Source: an uncultured Bdellovibrionales bacterium | GTDB taxonomy: Bacteria > Patescibacteriota > Minisyncoccia > Moranbacterales > GWC2-37-73 | Length of the DNA stretch: 64,000 nt | Direction: 5' to 3' | Assembly: GCA_964609855.1 (NCBI GenBank) | Contig: CAZSTB010000001.1 | Coordinates: forward strand, 27,854-91,853 | Shown: piece after piece, positions 1-10,300 of the stretch | Position numbering within the stretch: the stretch's first letter is position 1 | How the letters are laid out: each line of letters begins with the position of its first letter | Program-made: the position numbers and the translations under genes | The notes under the pieces: generated by a model | What the model was told of the DNA's origin: nothing | The model's database searches: none | Seen by the model: only the letters and a program-made list of their open reading frames with translations

Positions 1-50
1 ATTGTCTGTAAATCATTCACGACAGTTTGTACCTCTGGAAGTTCGGGCAT
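1..50 (-). CDS. mutM: Formamidopyrimidine-DNA glycosylase (Fpg/MutM/Nei family), first 16 codons only; gene runs off the left edge
   Basis: Minus-strand translation from ATG (plus coordinates 48-50) reads MPELPEVQTVVNDLQT. This is the near-invariant Fpg/Nei N-terminus (Pro2, Glu3, Glu6). Confidence 0.55.
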   Translation of the reverse strand, partial: MPELPEVQTVVNDLQT

Positions 51-112
51 ACTTCAATAATTTTTAAATTTGAAATTTTAAATTTGAAATTGAGGAGTCG
101 CTTGCGACGACA

Positions 113-2824
113 TTATATTTCTCCCCAATTTTCTCCCACAGCCACGTCTACGATTAGGGGAACACGAAGCGGGTGAACGTTTTCCATAGCGTGCTTGAGC
201 CTGATTGCGACATCTTGCGCTTTGTCGGCTGCGACTTCTAAAATGATTTCATCATGAATTTGCAGTAGCATCTGGACGTCATTATCATTTTCGAAAGCTT
301 TTTTTGTTGCAAGCATTGCCAGTTTCATGATATCAGCTGCAAGACCTTGAATCGGCATGTTGATTGCCATGCGCTCAGCGCCAGCTTTTACGAGAAAATT
401 GGGCGAATGTATTTCGGGAAGATTGCGTCTTCTGCCAAACAGGGTCTCAACGTATCCATTAATGCGTGCAGATTCGCGAGTTTCTTTCATATAAGCAGCA
501 ACTCCGGAAAATTTTTCCATGTATGCGTTGATGAATTTTTGGGCTTGGTCGCGCGGGATTCCAGCTGACTGTGCAAAGCCGAAAGAGCTCATCCCGTAAA
601 TAATTCCAAAGTTAAGAGCTTTTGCGTTGGAACGCATTTTTTGTGTTACTTCAGACAAAGAAACGCCATTGACTTCAGCCGCGGTAATTTTATGAATATC
701 GTCTCCGCGATGAAATGCTTCGATAAGTTTTTTATCTGCACTTACATGGGCCACTGCCCGTAAATCTATTTGTGAATAATCCGCACTTACGAGCTTGCAG
801 CCTTCTTTGGCAACGAAAGCCGTCCTTAGTAGCTGCCCAAGGTCTGTTTTGATAGGAATATTTTGAAGATTCGGGTCGGTTGATGAGAGTCTGCCAGTTG
901 CTGTTATTGCTTGATTGAATGTCGTGTGAATGCGAGAGTTTTTGTTGAGCAGTTTTGGAATTGCATCTAGATAGGTGGTTTTTAATTTGAAAAGCTCCCG
1001 ATACTCTTCGATTTTTTCGATAATTTTATGAGAGCCGCGCAATTTTTCAAGTTCCGCTGCAGCAGTTGAAAGACCCTTTTTTGTTTTTTTAATGTCAGCT
1101 GTAGACAGCGCTAAAGTGGTAAAAAGAATTTCAGAAAGTTGAGAAGGTGAGTTAATATTGAATTCTTTCCCCGCCATTTCATAAATGGAACTTTCAAGTT
1201 TTTTTAAGGTCTTAGTAATTTTTTCAGAAATCCCTTTAAAAATTATCGGATTTATCTCTATGCCGGTTAGCTCCATTTCCGCTAAGATTTCCACAAGCGG
1301 CATCTCAATTTTATGAAAGACGGTGTTAAGTGTTCCTTCGGTTAAATTGGATTCTTGCTGCTCGGCGCTGATTTGCACCAGGTTTTTTTCTAACGCTGAT
1401 TTTAGCTTGAAACAATAGTCAGCTTTCTGACAGACGACATGCATATTTGCTTCAAGCTCTTCTTGGCTGGCTACTAGCGAGAGTTGACCCTTAGTCTTTG
1501 GCTGAAAATTTATTTCTTCTCCCAGTTCGCTTAAGATTAATTTTTCCAAAGTTATTTTTTCTCCAGGATTCAAGACATAGGCTGCTAACAGGCAATCAAA
1601 GTGCATATTTGCCATTAGAACAGAATTTTTTGCGAGTAATTTGAAAAGCGTTTTCAGGTCGTAGCCAATTTTTTTAATTGAGTTATCGCCTAAAATAGAG
1701 CTTAATGCAAGGACAGAATCTCTATTAAAGGGGAAGAACGTAGCGCGACCGATTTTTTGAGAAAGTGCAATGCCAGTTATCTCTTCGCCGCTATTTTCAA
1801 TTGCAATTGAAATCTCGCTAGCTGTTTGAAACTCTTTCAAATCGCTCTCCATTGTCACATCGGTCGAGATGACATATTTAAAATCCTTCACGCCTTCGCT
1901 GACGGGTTTTGAATTAGTTTCTTCGGTTGAAGTGAGGTCGTGGATGCTTCCGGGAAGCCTTTTTACGAGGCTGTAGAAGTTAAGTTCGGTAAAAAGTTTT
2001 ACAATAGTTTCACGATCAAAATCATGAAGCTGCGATTTTTCCAGTTCCAAAGTTACCGGAGCATTCAAATCAATCGTTGCCAGTTCCTTGCTGAGCAGTG
2101 CGTTTGCCTTGTCGCGCTCAAGCTTGTCTTTGACAGCCCCCTTGATTTCAGCAAGATTCTCATAAACGCCTTCAATCGTGGAATACTTTTGTAGTAAGAC
2201 GGTTGCTGTTTTATCTCCAATGCCTTTTACGCCAGGAATATTATCAGACGGATCTCCTCTCAGCCCCTTGTAGTCGATAATTTGTGAAGGACTCAAGCCA
2301 TAGCGCTCAAAGACTTTGGCTTCATCATAAAGATGAGAATCCGAAAGCCCCCGGCGCATGGTGTAGACCTTGGTGCTGTCATTAACGAGCTGCAGGGTAT
2401 CCATATCGCCAGTTACGATGATGGTTTCAATGTTTTCCGCATGCTGCTTGATTTGACGCGCCATGGTTCCGATAATATCGTCAGCCTCGAATCCAGCCTG
2501 CTCGTATATGGGAATATTGAACGCTTTTACAATTTCTTTTACTCTGGGGATTTGAGCATAAAGTTCATCATCAGCTTTTACTCTGTTTGCTTTGTATTGA
2601 TCAAATTTTTCATGACGAAAAGTTCCGCCTGCCAAATCAAAAGAAGCTACAATGTAGTCCGGCTTAAATTCGGCAATCACGCTCAGTAGCGTTGAAGAGA
2701 ACCCGTAAACGGCATTAACTAGTTCGCCGGATTTTGTCGTAAATGGCGGCAATGCATGATAAGCCCGGTGGATGATGGCGTTTCCGTCGATAAGAATAAG
2801 TTTTTTGTATTTTTTTGAATCCAT
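113..2824 (-). CDS. polA: DNA polymerase I (5'-3' exonuclease + 3'-5' exonuclease-like + polymerase domains)
   Basis: 942-aa ORF. Starting at internal MDSKKYKKLILIDGNAIIHRAYHALPP gives a typical PolI N-terminus, the FEADDIIGT 5'-nuclease motif, and the C-terminal polymerase motifs (RRxxKxxNFGxxYG, QIHDEIILE). Start taken at Met40 of the ORF (ATG at 2822-2824). Confidence 0.93.
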   Translation of the reverse strand: MDSKKYKKLILIDGNAIIHRAYHALPPFTTKSGELVNAVYGFSSTLLSVIAEFKPDYIVASFDLAGGTFRHEKFDQYKANRVKADDELYAQIPRVKEIVKAFNIPIYEQAGFEADDIIGTMARQIKQHAENIETIIVTGDMDTLQLVNDSTKVYTMRRGLSDSHLYDEAKVFERYGLSPSQIIDYKGLRGDPSDNIPGVKGIGDKTATVLLQKYSTIEGVYENLAEIKGAVKDKLERDKANALLSKELATIDLNAPVTLELEKSQLHDFDRETIVKLFTELNFYSLVKRLPGSIHDLTSTEETNSKPVSEGVKDFKYVISTDVTMESDLKEFQTASEISIAIENSGEEITGIALSQKIGRATFFPFNRDSVLALSSILGDNSIKKIGYDLKTLFKLLAKNSVLMANMHFDCLLAAYVLNPGEKITLEKLILSELGEEINFQPKTKGQLSLVASQEELEANMHVVCQKADYCFKLKSALEKNLVQISAEQQESNLTEGTLNTVFHKIEMPLVEILAEMELTGIEINPIIFKGISEKITKTLKKLESSIYEMAGKEFNINSPSQLSEILFTTLALSTADIKKTKKGLSTAAAELEKLRGSHKIIEKIEEYRELFKLKTTYLDAIPKLLNKNSRIHTTFNQAITATGRLSSTDPNLQNIPIKTDLGQLLRTAFVAKEGCKLVSADYSQIDLRAVAHVSADKKLIEAFHRGDDIHKITAAEVNGVSLSEVTQKMRSNAKALNFGIIYGMSSFGFAQSAGIPRDQAQKFINAYMEKFSGVAAYMKETRESARINGYVETLFGRRRNLPEIHSPNFLVKAGAERMAINMPIQGLAADIMKLAMLATKKAFENDNDVQMLLQIHDEIILEVAADKAQDVAIRLKHAMENVHPLRVPLIVDVAVGENWGEI

Positions 2825-3089
2825 ATTTGATAATTTGCTAGATTTTAAGAGTCTTTTAAGTATACCGCGCCAGGAAAATAATACAAATACGAAATCAAAT
2901 AATTTATATTTTATAAAGTACAGTAGACATTCCCATTCCACTTCCTTTGGTAAAATATTTATTTACTCGTCTTGTTAAAGGAAAGCTTTGTAATTACGAA
3001 ATAAAAGTAATTATTATTTAAGCAAATTAATATTTTTTAGAAATAATTATTAAACATGCTAAAATATAAACAATACTAAAGTATATTTT

Positions 3090-3962
3090 ATGAATTCATT
3101 TGAAAATCCGCTTGCACAAAATAAGGCAACTCAAGATGTAGTTGTTCAGAAATCAAAATCTTCCATGACGGCAAATGAAGTTTTTGAAAGGTATCTAAAA
3201 AAGGATGAAAAAATAGAGATGAGGGATTTTCGTGATATTTATGGAGCAGAAGATGTGAAAAAAGATTTAGACAGAGTTGCGTATGTTAAAAACTCTAAAG
3301 GTTTTGAGAAGCCGACTTCTGAAAGTGTCGTTTTGGAAAACATGTTCAGCGACTTAGTAGAAAAATATAATTGGTTCGGGCAGGGGGTAAAATCGGTGCA
3401 GCTTTCGGAATTTGATGACATGATTGCAAGCGGGGCGCACTGCGATGTGGTATTGGAAATCCCAACTAATGATGGCAAATGCGTAAGAATTGGAGTTGAT
3501 CTCACAACTGCAATCAATTATGATACGCTAAGTAAGAAACGAACCAAGTGCATTGAAGGGATTCAAAGTGGAAAATTATTCAGTGTGAAATATTTTAAAT
3601 CAAAAATAGACGACACGAAAGGGAGAATTTCAAACGTACCAGTATTTTTTGCAGGTTTGGATAGAAACACTTTGCAAAATCTTTGCGAGACGATGGCGAA
3701 GCAAGAAAACGCAGGCAGTGAAATTTTAGAAAAACATGAAGGCCAATTTGTTTTTTTAGACGAAATTCTTAGTCAGTCAAACAGATTTATTGCAGTGGCG
3801 AGAGTCAGGCATGGGGAGCAAGCGGGTGTTACAAAATGGATGGAATATTATAAAGAACTTTTCAAGTGGATCTTGGATAATAAAAAATCCCCCCGTCCGA
3901 ATAACTTTGGACAGAGGGCTGGACAAGATGAGGTATATAGATATATCACCAAGTTTGTCTAA
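3090..3962 (+). CDS. hypothetical protein (290 aa), no recognisable motif
   Basis: Long clean ORF with ATG start, divergent from polA. No family recognised by eye. Confidence 0.5.
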   Translation: MNSFENPLAQNKATQDVVVQKSKSSMTANEVFERYLKKDEKIEMRDFRDIYGAEDVKKDLDRVAYVKNSKGFEKPTSESVVLENMFSDLVEKYNWFGQGVKSVQLSEFDDMIASGAHCDVVLEIPTNDGKCVRIGVDLTTAINYDTLSKKRTKCIEGIQSGKLFSVKYFKSKIDDTKGRISNVPVFFAGLDRNTLQNLCETMAKQENAGSEILEKHEGQFVFLDEILSQSNRFIAVARVRHGEQAGVTKWMEYYKELFKWILDNKKSPRPNNFGQRAGQDEVYRYITKFV

Positions 3963-4147
3963 TGCGAGATCATTTTCATCTCGTCTTCTTTTTTGAGGGC
4001 TTCAGTGATAAGTAGGATTTCGATGGCGATGTCCTTTCCTTCGGTTTTGGACAAAATTTCGAAATCCAGGGCGGCTAGATTAGTTGCTTGCACTAAAACT
4101 ACCGCGTGGCTACTATTCGATTTTGATTTTCCATTTCTACTACCCAT
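3959..4147 (-). CDS. small hypothetical protein (62 aa)
   Basis: ATG at 4145-4147 preceded by GAGGAGG SD (revcomp of tcctcctc at 4151-4158). Overlaps the stop of the convergent upstream gene by 4 nt. Confidence 0.35.
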   Translation of the reverse strand: MGSRNGKSKSNSSHAVVLVQATNLAALDFEILSKTEGKDIAIEILLITEALKKEDEMKMISH

Positions 4148-4226
4148 GATTCCTCCTCAAAATATGGAATATTATAGCAACTTAAAATACTATACTATTT
4201 TCGTATTTTTGTCAATAGCAGGCAAC

Positions 4227-4378
4227 TACCATCCGCGCTCTTTCATATAGGTCGCTTGTTTTAAAGCAGATATATTTTCTAAGGAACCAAACAGGAGTCT
4301 ACAGCGAATTTTTTCGTGGTCATCTAATTTTTTAAAAAACATATCGAGAACTTTTTTCCACCACAGTATTTTCTTTTT
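4227..4378 (-). CDS. small hypothetical protein (50 aa, MKKKILWWKKVLDMFFKKLDDHEKIRCRLLFGSLENISALKQATYMKERGW), not in ORF track (<60 aa)
   Basis: Hand translation of the minus strand. ATG at 4376-4378 is preceded by AGGAGGG SD 7 nt upstream and lies immediately downstream of tsaE. Confidence 0.3.
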
Positions 4379-4411
4379 CATGATTAGCCCTCCTGGATGT
4401 GTTGATAGCTG

Positions 4412-4885
4412 CTAGCTATTACTGGAAAAAGTCAGCTTTCTTTCTTTTTCACTTAGCCATTCAAAATTAATCCACACTGCTGAAGTAGGAATTATTTTTT
4501 TTACGTTCTCAGGCCATTCGATAATTGTGACTGAGTTTTCTTTCCCGGTAAAATCTTTAAAACCTAATTCGAGTAAATCTTTAGAATTTATTCTGTAAGC
4601 ATCTATATGATAGACATTTGTAAATTTTGAATTGCTTTTATAATGCTTGATGATTGAAAAAGTCGGACTCGTGTAAGGGCCTTTTATTTTCAGACCTTTT
4701 AATAATCCTTGTGTGAAAGTCGTTTTTCCCGCGCCCAAATCGCCTGAAAGACAAATTATCGCGCCTGTCTCGGCGCTTGAAAACAAGCTATTTTTTAAAA
4801 GCGGTTGTCCACCATAAAGCTCTTCGGCAAGTAATTGCCCAAGTCTTTTGGTTTTAAGTGATGAAGTTGTATTGAAAGTTTGCAT
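4412..4885 (-). CDS. tsaE: tRNA threonylcarbamoyladenosine biosynthesis protein TsaE (YjeE-type P-loop ATPase)
   Basis: GDLGAGKTTFTQGLLKGL Walker A and the YHIDAYRI motif typical of TsaE/YjeE. Start taken at internal Met (ATG 4883-4885) to give about 157 aa. Confidence 0.8.
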   Translation of the reverse strand: MQTFNTTSSLKTKRLGQLLAEELYGGQPLLKNSLFSSAETGAIICLSGDLGAGKTTFTQGLLKGLKIKGPYTSPTFSIIKHYKSNSKFTNVYHIDAYRINSKDLLELGFKDFTGKENSVTIIEWPENVKKIIPTSAVWINFEWLSEKERKLTFSSNS

Positions 4886-4950
4886 ATAAAATATTCTAAA
4901 GGTATTTTTAAAAAAAGGAAGAGCGGTCAAATTTTCTGACCGCCCCAGGT

Positions 4951-5439
4951 TTATCTACGTCTCCTTTCCAGTCCTTGATCATGTTGCCTATGCTGTCTGT
5001 TGCCATGTGATCCGCGACTATCACCCCTGTGACCGTATGAGTGCCTGGGAGCATATTGGCGCACCGGAACTCGATAATTTGTCGGGTATCGGTAAACATA
5101 CCTGTAGTGCCTGCCATCACTGCCGACAAAGAAAACCGAATTTGATCCCCGGTACCAATATTTCCAGGCATAGCCAGGATAAAATGGCGGGTCTCTGTAA
5201 TAAATAGTTGTTTTCGGCTGCACATAGGTCACGGCCTGAAAGCTGCCGTAGTCGGGAAGTATGACTCTGCTCTCCGCGTAAGTGGTTACAGCGGTGACAT
5301 TGTGCGACAGACGAGTAATAGAGGCATTTAGCGTGGGAAAATTTCCGTAGGCTACCGTAAAGGGCTGAGCCTCGACGTGGCCACTGCAGCCAGACAGCTG
5401 AAGGGAGATAAGAAGAATTACTACATTAACTATTTTCAT
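4951..5439 (-). CDS. secreted lipoprotein with Tyr/Arg-rich C-terminal tail (162 aa). Compositionally foreign (about 50% GC).
   Basis: AAGGAGG SD 5 nt upstream of ATG. Signal peptide ends in lipobox LSGC. Overlapping alternative-frame ORFs exist (4908..5225), so the C-terminal frame is uncertain. Confidence 0.5.
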   Translation of the reverse strand: MKIVNVVILLISLQLSGCSGHVEAQPFTVAYGNFPTLNASITRLSHNVTAVTTYAESRVILPDYGSFQAVTYVQPKTTIYYRDPPFYPGYAWKYWYRGSNSVFFVGSDGRHYRYVYRYPTNYRVPVRQYAPRHSYGHRGDSRGSHGNRQHRQHDQGLERRRR

Positions 5440-5545
5440 TTTTGGCCTCCTTAAGCCTTATTTTGAAAAAGAACCATACCTAAACTAACTTTTAATTATA
5501 CACCTAATTCAAGTCTTTGTCAATGGCCTAAAAAGTTTAAATTTT

Positions 5546-5902
5546 TTAATATTCGAAATCATAACCACGGTCATAATAGCCACCAAAGCCGCGCCCTGAA
5601 TAACATCTATCAGTAAAGGCATCTTTATTTTTTTTGCATTTCTTTCTTTCTTTTTTATCTTCAATACAATCACAGGTAAAATTAGCTTCACCGTAGTTTT
5701 CACGTTGGCTTTTGTATCTGTAAAAATATGGTACTTGTCTCAAATTTCTTGCCACGTCGCGGTCATGGATGTACTGTTGAGTTTCAGGACTCCAAAAGTC
5801 GATACCCGGATAGCTATTCCAAGCAAGAACGCGGGTTACACCTAAAAGGTTAAATATTACTACGGCTGAAATCAGCAGTGTAAGTTTATTTTTTAGTTTC
5901 AT
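5546..5902 (-). CDS. small secreted protein with Tyr/Gly/Arg-rich C-terminus (about 118 aa)
   Basis: N-terminal signal peptide (MKLKNKLTLLISAVVIFNLLGVTRVLA). C-terminal GRGFGGYYDRGYDFEY resembles the tail of the neighbouring lipoprotein. Start could also be 5920. Confidence 0.5.
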   Translation of the reverse strand: MKLKNKLTLLISAVVIFNLLGVTRVLAWNSYPGIDFWSPETQQYIHDRDVARNLRQVPYFYRYKSQRENYGEANFTCDCIEDKKERKKCKKNKDAFTDRCYSGRGFGGYYDRGYDFEY

Positions 5903-5965
5903 AATTTTTTTAACTATCAATATTAAATGTAACGCTTTAATATTGGCTTTTTGTCAAGATTATGA

Positions 5966-5994
5966 TTGACACAAGCCATAAAGCTTGTTATCTT
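5966..5994 (+). promoter_or_regulatory. sigma70-like promoter (TTGACA-17 bp-TATCTT) upstream of DHH phosphoesterase gene
   Basis: -35 TTGACA at 5966-5971, 17-nt spacer, -10 TATCTT at 5989-5994. About 55 nt upstream of ATG 6051. Confidence 0.4.
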
Positions 5995-6050
5995 GTAATA
6001 CTTTGGGTAATAGTGAAAATTTCGTAATTAAGGCGGGTTAAAATAAGAAG

Positions 6051-7199
6051 ATGAGTTTGAATAATGCCCAACAATTGGAAAATGTACTGAAAACTGCGAA
6101 ACACGTTTTGATTTTCATGGCGCAAAATTCTGGTGGAGACAGTATAGCATCTGCTTGGGCTACATATTTTTTCTTGAGAAAAAGTGATATAGAGGCAACA
6201 GTGGTCGTTCCTAAAAGCGAGCAACTTTTTCAGCGTTTTTCATTTTTAACAAAGCCGGAAGACTTGATGGATTCATTGGCGGGCGCCAGAGATTTTGTTT
6301 TAGCTTTTAACACAAAGTTCAATAAGATTACTAATGTTCGTAGTGAGAGAGTTGAGGACGAGCTGAGAATTTTCATTACACCAGAAAAAGGTTCAATAGA
6401 TCCGCGAGACTTTTCTTTTATTCCAGCAAAATTCAAATACGATCTCGTAATTGTCCTGGGTAGTCCCGACAAAGAATCGCTTGGCAGTGTATATGAGGAA
6501 AATCCAGATATTTTTTATGAAGTTCCGGTTGTAAATATTGACCATCATACTGAAAATGATAATTTTGGGCAGGTAAATATCGTAGACATCACAGCCTCCT
6601 CTACATGCGAGGTGATTGCTGACCTGTTTCAGACTATAAATGAAAAGAATATCGACGAAAGTATGGCGGAAAGCCTGCTTACGGGAATAATAGATGCCAC
6701 AAACAGTTTTCAAAAGAAAAATACCACTCCAAAGTCGCTTCGGATTGCTGCGGCGCTGATGAGTAAGGGTGCGGATCAACAAAAAATTATCAGATATCTT
6801 TATAAGACGCAGCCCTTGCATCTGCTAAAGCTTTGGGGAAGAGTGATGGCGCGATTATTCTGGGAAGAAGAAATAAACTTAGCCTGGGCTCCGATATATT
6901 TGGAAGATTTTGTTCAAAGTCGTTCCACACCCAAAGATGTTTCTTTTATTTTGGATAAAATAAAAGAAAATTATTCCGCAGCAAAAATAATCATGGTTTT
7001 GTATAATGAAAAAGCAGGATTAGTGCGTGGGATAATCAAGTGTCAGAACCGCGAACAGCTTAAAAAAGTTTCCGAAGCGCTGGATGTAGCAATTGTAGGT
7101 GATTTTTGCGAATTTACTGAACAGGCCGATGATACTACGGAAGCGGGACAGCGTGCAGTAGAAAAATTACGCACAAAATTTTTAACCGAAATGGAATAA
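6051..7199 (+). CDS. DHH-family phosphoesterase (NrnA-like bifunctional oligoribonuclease/pAp phosphatase type, DHH-DHHA1)
   Basis: GGDSIAS and NIDHHTEN motifs (the DHH signature) in the N-terminal half. C-terminal DHHA1-like region. Confidence 0.85.
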   Translation: MSLNNAQQLENVLKTAKHVLIFMAQNSGGDSIASAWATYFFLRKSDIEATVVVPKSEQLFQRFSFLTKPEDLMDSLAGARDFVLAFNTKFNKITNVRSERVEDELRIFITPEKGSIDPRDFSFIPAKFKYDLVIVLGSPDKESLGSVYEENPDIFYEVPVVNIDHHTENDNFGQVNIVDITASSTCEVIADLFQTINEKNIDESMAESLLTGIIDATNSFQKKNTTPKSLRIAAALMSKGADQQKIIRYLYKTQPLHLLKLWGRVMARLFWEEEINLAWAPIYLEDFVQSRSTPKDVSFILDKIKENYSAAKIIMVLYNEKAGLVRGIIKCQNREQLKKVSEALDVAIVGDFCEFTEQADDTTEAGQRAVEKLRTKFLTEME

Positions 7200-7367
7200 G
7201 AATTTCTTATTGAATTTGAATGGCGTTGATGTAAATTGACGCCTTTTATTTTTGCTGAATGACTGAAAATGGAGTAAGATAAAAGAAGAAAAAGGCTCCA
7301 AAAATATAAACAAAAAAAATTAGTATTCATGTCCGCATTTCACATGCCTGCATGATTCATAATCCGT

Positions 7368-10300
7368 ATGGTAAAAGTTTCACATAACCAGCTGACGCAT
7401 AATTCAGAAAAAGATGAGCAATCAGGAAAGCTTTTGCAGCGCATGCGTGAGCATTCCGAGGAGGAGCAAGCTTCACAATTAGCCAACGAATATGATCTTG
7501 CCTATGTAGATTTGAATGTTTTTCCAGTGGGAGGTGAGGATATGCAAACAATTACTTCTGAAGACTCGCATCGCTACAAGGTAGTAGTTTTTCAAAAAGC
7601 AGGAAAAGAAGTCCGAATGGGAATGATTGATCCAAACAGTGAAGAAGCGCTCTTGTTTATTGAAAAATTAAAAAAAGAAAATGGTTGGGTTATTCACCTT
7701 TATGTTATTTCAAATTCATCATTAGAAAAAATTTGGAAAAGATATGCGGAGGCGCCGCTGCTGGAAAGTCTTGAATCATTGCAGATATCGCTGACAGGCG
7801 AAGATTTGGAAAAGTTTGAAAAGGAATTTGGTAGCATGTTGGAACTCAAGCAGCGAATCAGGGAAATCCCCACAACGCAAGTCATCGCGATTATTATGGC
7901 AGGAGCTGTAAAAATGAAAGCTTCTGATGTGCATTTCGAACCGCAGGAAGAAGAAACACGTATGCGCTTTCGTATCGACGGCGTACTTCAGGATATTGGA
8001 AAATTTCCGAATGACACTTATCGTTTTATTTTGTCCCGTATAAAGATGATGGGAAAAATGAAAATCAATATTCGCGACATCGCGCAAGACGGTCATTTTT
8101 CCGTGGAAATGGAAAGCGGAAAAATAAACGTCAGAACAAACATCATTCCAGGCAATCATGGCGAATCAGTTGTTATGCGACTTCTTTCCCAAGCAGACAT
8201 TATGCTTTCAGTTGAAGATCTTGGTCTTCGCGGTCTGGCATATGAACATGTGCAAAAAGAAATCGCCAAACCGCATGGTATGATTTTAACAACTGGGCCT
8301 ACAGGCAGCGGAAAAACCACCACACTTTACGCCTTGGTTAATAAGCTCAACACGGCCGGCGTAAAAATTATTACGATTGAAGACCCGATTGAATATGAGG
8401 TTAAAAATGTTTCGCAAACACAAGTTGCCAAAGATCGAAATTATACTTTCGCAGAAGGCTTGAGAGCAGTAGTCCGTCAAGATCCGGACGTTATTTTAGT
8501 GGGAGAAATTCGAGATGACGAAACTGCCGACATTTCTGTAAATGCCGCACTAACGGGACATCTCGTGCTTTCGACGCTGCACACAAACAATGCTCCTGCA
8601 TCAATTCCACGTTTTATTGAGCTTGGTATAAAGCCTAATTTGATTGCGCCCTCCGTCAACTGTTTTATTGCTCAGCGTTTGGTCCGAAAACTATGTCAAC
8701 ATTGCAAGGAGGAATATGTGCCAGCTAGAGAAACCAGCGACAGTGTGAAAAAAATCTTGTCGATTATTTCTCCAAAAGCGAAATTGGAGATTCCTAAAAC
8801 GATTGAAAAACTTTATCGTCCAAAAGGATGCGACAAATGCCATATGTTGGGATTTAAGGGTCGTATCGGAATTTTTGAAGTGCTGACAATTAGTGAAAAC
8901 ATTGAAAAACTTATTCTGGAGATGGGCGGCGAAAGAGAAATTACTCAGACTGCACTTGAAGATGGAATGATAACAATGGCTCAGGACGGTATTTTAAAAG
9001 CTATCGAAGGGCTGACTTCAATGGAGGAAGTTTGGCGCGCAACTGGACAGACGGAATTCCTGGAAGAAATTTATGAAAAACTCATGGAACAATCCATGTC
9101 ACGCTCGATTGAAATTCCGGAGGAAGATTTGATTATTGTTTCGGATGCGATGTCATCGATAGAGAACTTGAAACAGTTGATTCAGACTACTAATCAAAAA
9201 AACATTGCCAAATATGTTTTCGCAAGTAGCTTGATGCTGAATGTTGGAGATATTCATATTGAACCAGAAGAAAATAGTGTGAAAATTCGCTACCGCATGG
9301 ATGGAATCCTGCAGACTATTGCAGAAATTCCGCTGACGGAATATCCCAGTTTTTTGGGCGCCATCAAATTTCTGAGCGGCTTCAGTACTGAAATTCGCGG
9401 CGGAGTTATGGATTCGCGTTTTTCTATCGCTTTGGAAAAGCCATTTAAAAATATTACTGAAACAAAAGTTGATGTGCGCGTTTCGATAATCTTAGGTGGA
9501 TATGGAGAAACGGTGGTAATGCGACTTTTAAACAAGTCTTCGGTGGCGCTGGATTTGGAAAAACTGGGGATTAGGAAACAAAATCTGGAAAGAATACTTC
9601 ATGCCGCAAAAAAACCGAATGGCGTTTTTCTTAATACTGGTCCTACTGGAAGCGGAAAAACTACCACGCTTTACAGTATTTTAAAAGTCTTGAATAATCC
9701 TGAAGTTAAGATTATTTCCGTTGAAGACCCGATTGAATATCAACTTGAAGGAATCTTGCAAACGGCAGTTGATGACAAAAACGGTTATACTTTTGCAACC
9801 GCGCTTAGGGCCTTGCTTCGTCAAAATCCGGATATTATGATGATTGGTGAAATTCGCGACGAAGAAACTGCTAACATCGCAGTGCAGGCGGCACTGACAG
9901 GTCATTCTATTCTTTCAACTTTGCATACCAATGATGCCGCCGGTTCCATTCAGCGCTTGATTAACATGGGCGTGCGAAGCGACGATTTGGCGACAGCAGT
10001 AAATGCCTTGATGGCACAGCGTCTAGTTCGAAAACTTTGTGATTGTAAGACTCCGCGCAACTTGAGCGATGACGAAAAACTTTCCATGCAAAAAAGTTTA
10101 GCAAGTCTTTCTGAAAAAGCTGGAATCCAGATTCCTGCTATACAACAAGTGTTTGAACCGAATGGATGCGAAAAGTGTAACAAAATAGGCTACAAAGGAC
10201 GAACAACAATCAGTGAGGTATTGGTTATTGACCGCGAAATCGAGGAAATGATAACTCAAGGAGCATCTTCTTCGCAAATCAGAGACAAAGCCATTGAAAA

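Noticed and set aside
4908-5225. 105-aa alternative-frame ORF overlapping the GC-rich lipoprotein gene
   Set aside because: The frame with SD, signal peptide and lipobox is preferred. Kept as a caveat (possible frameshift) rather than a separate gene.
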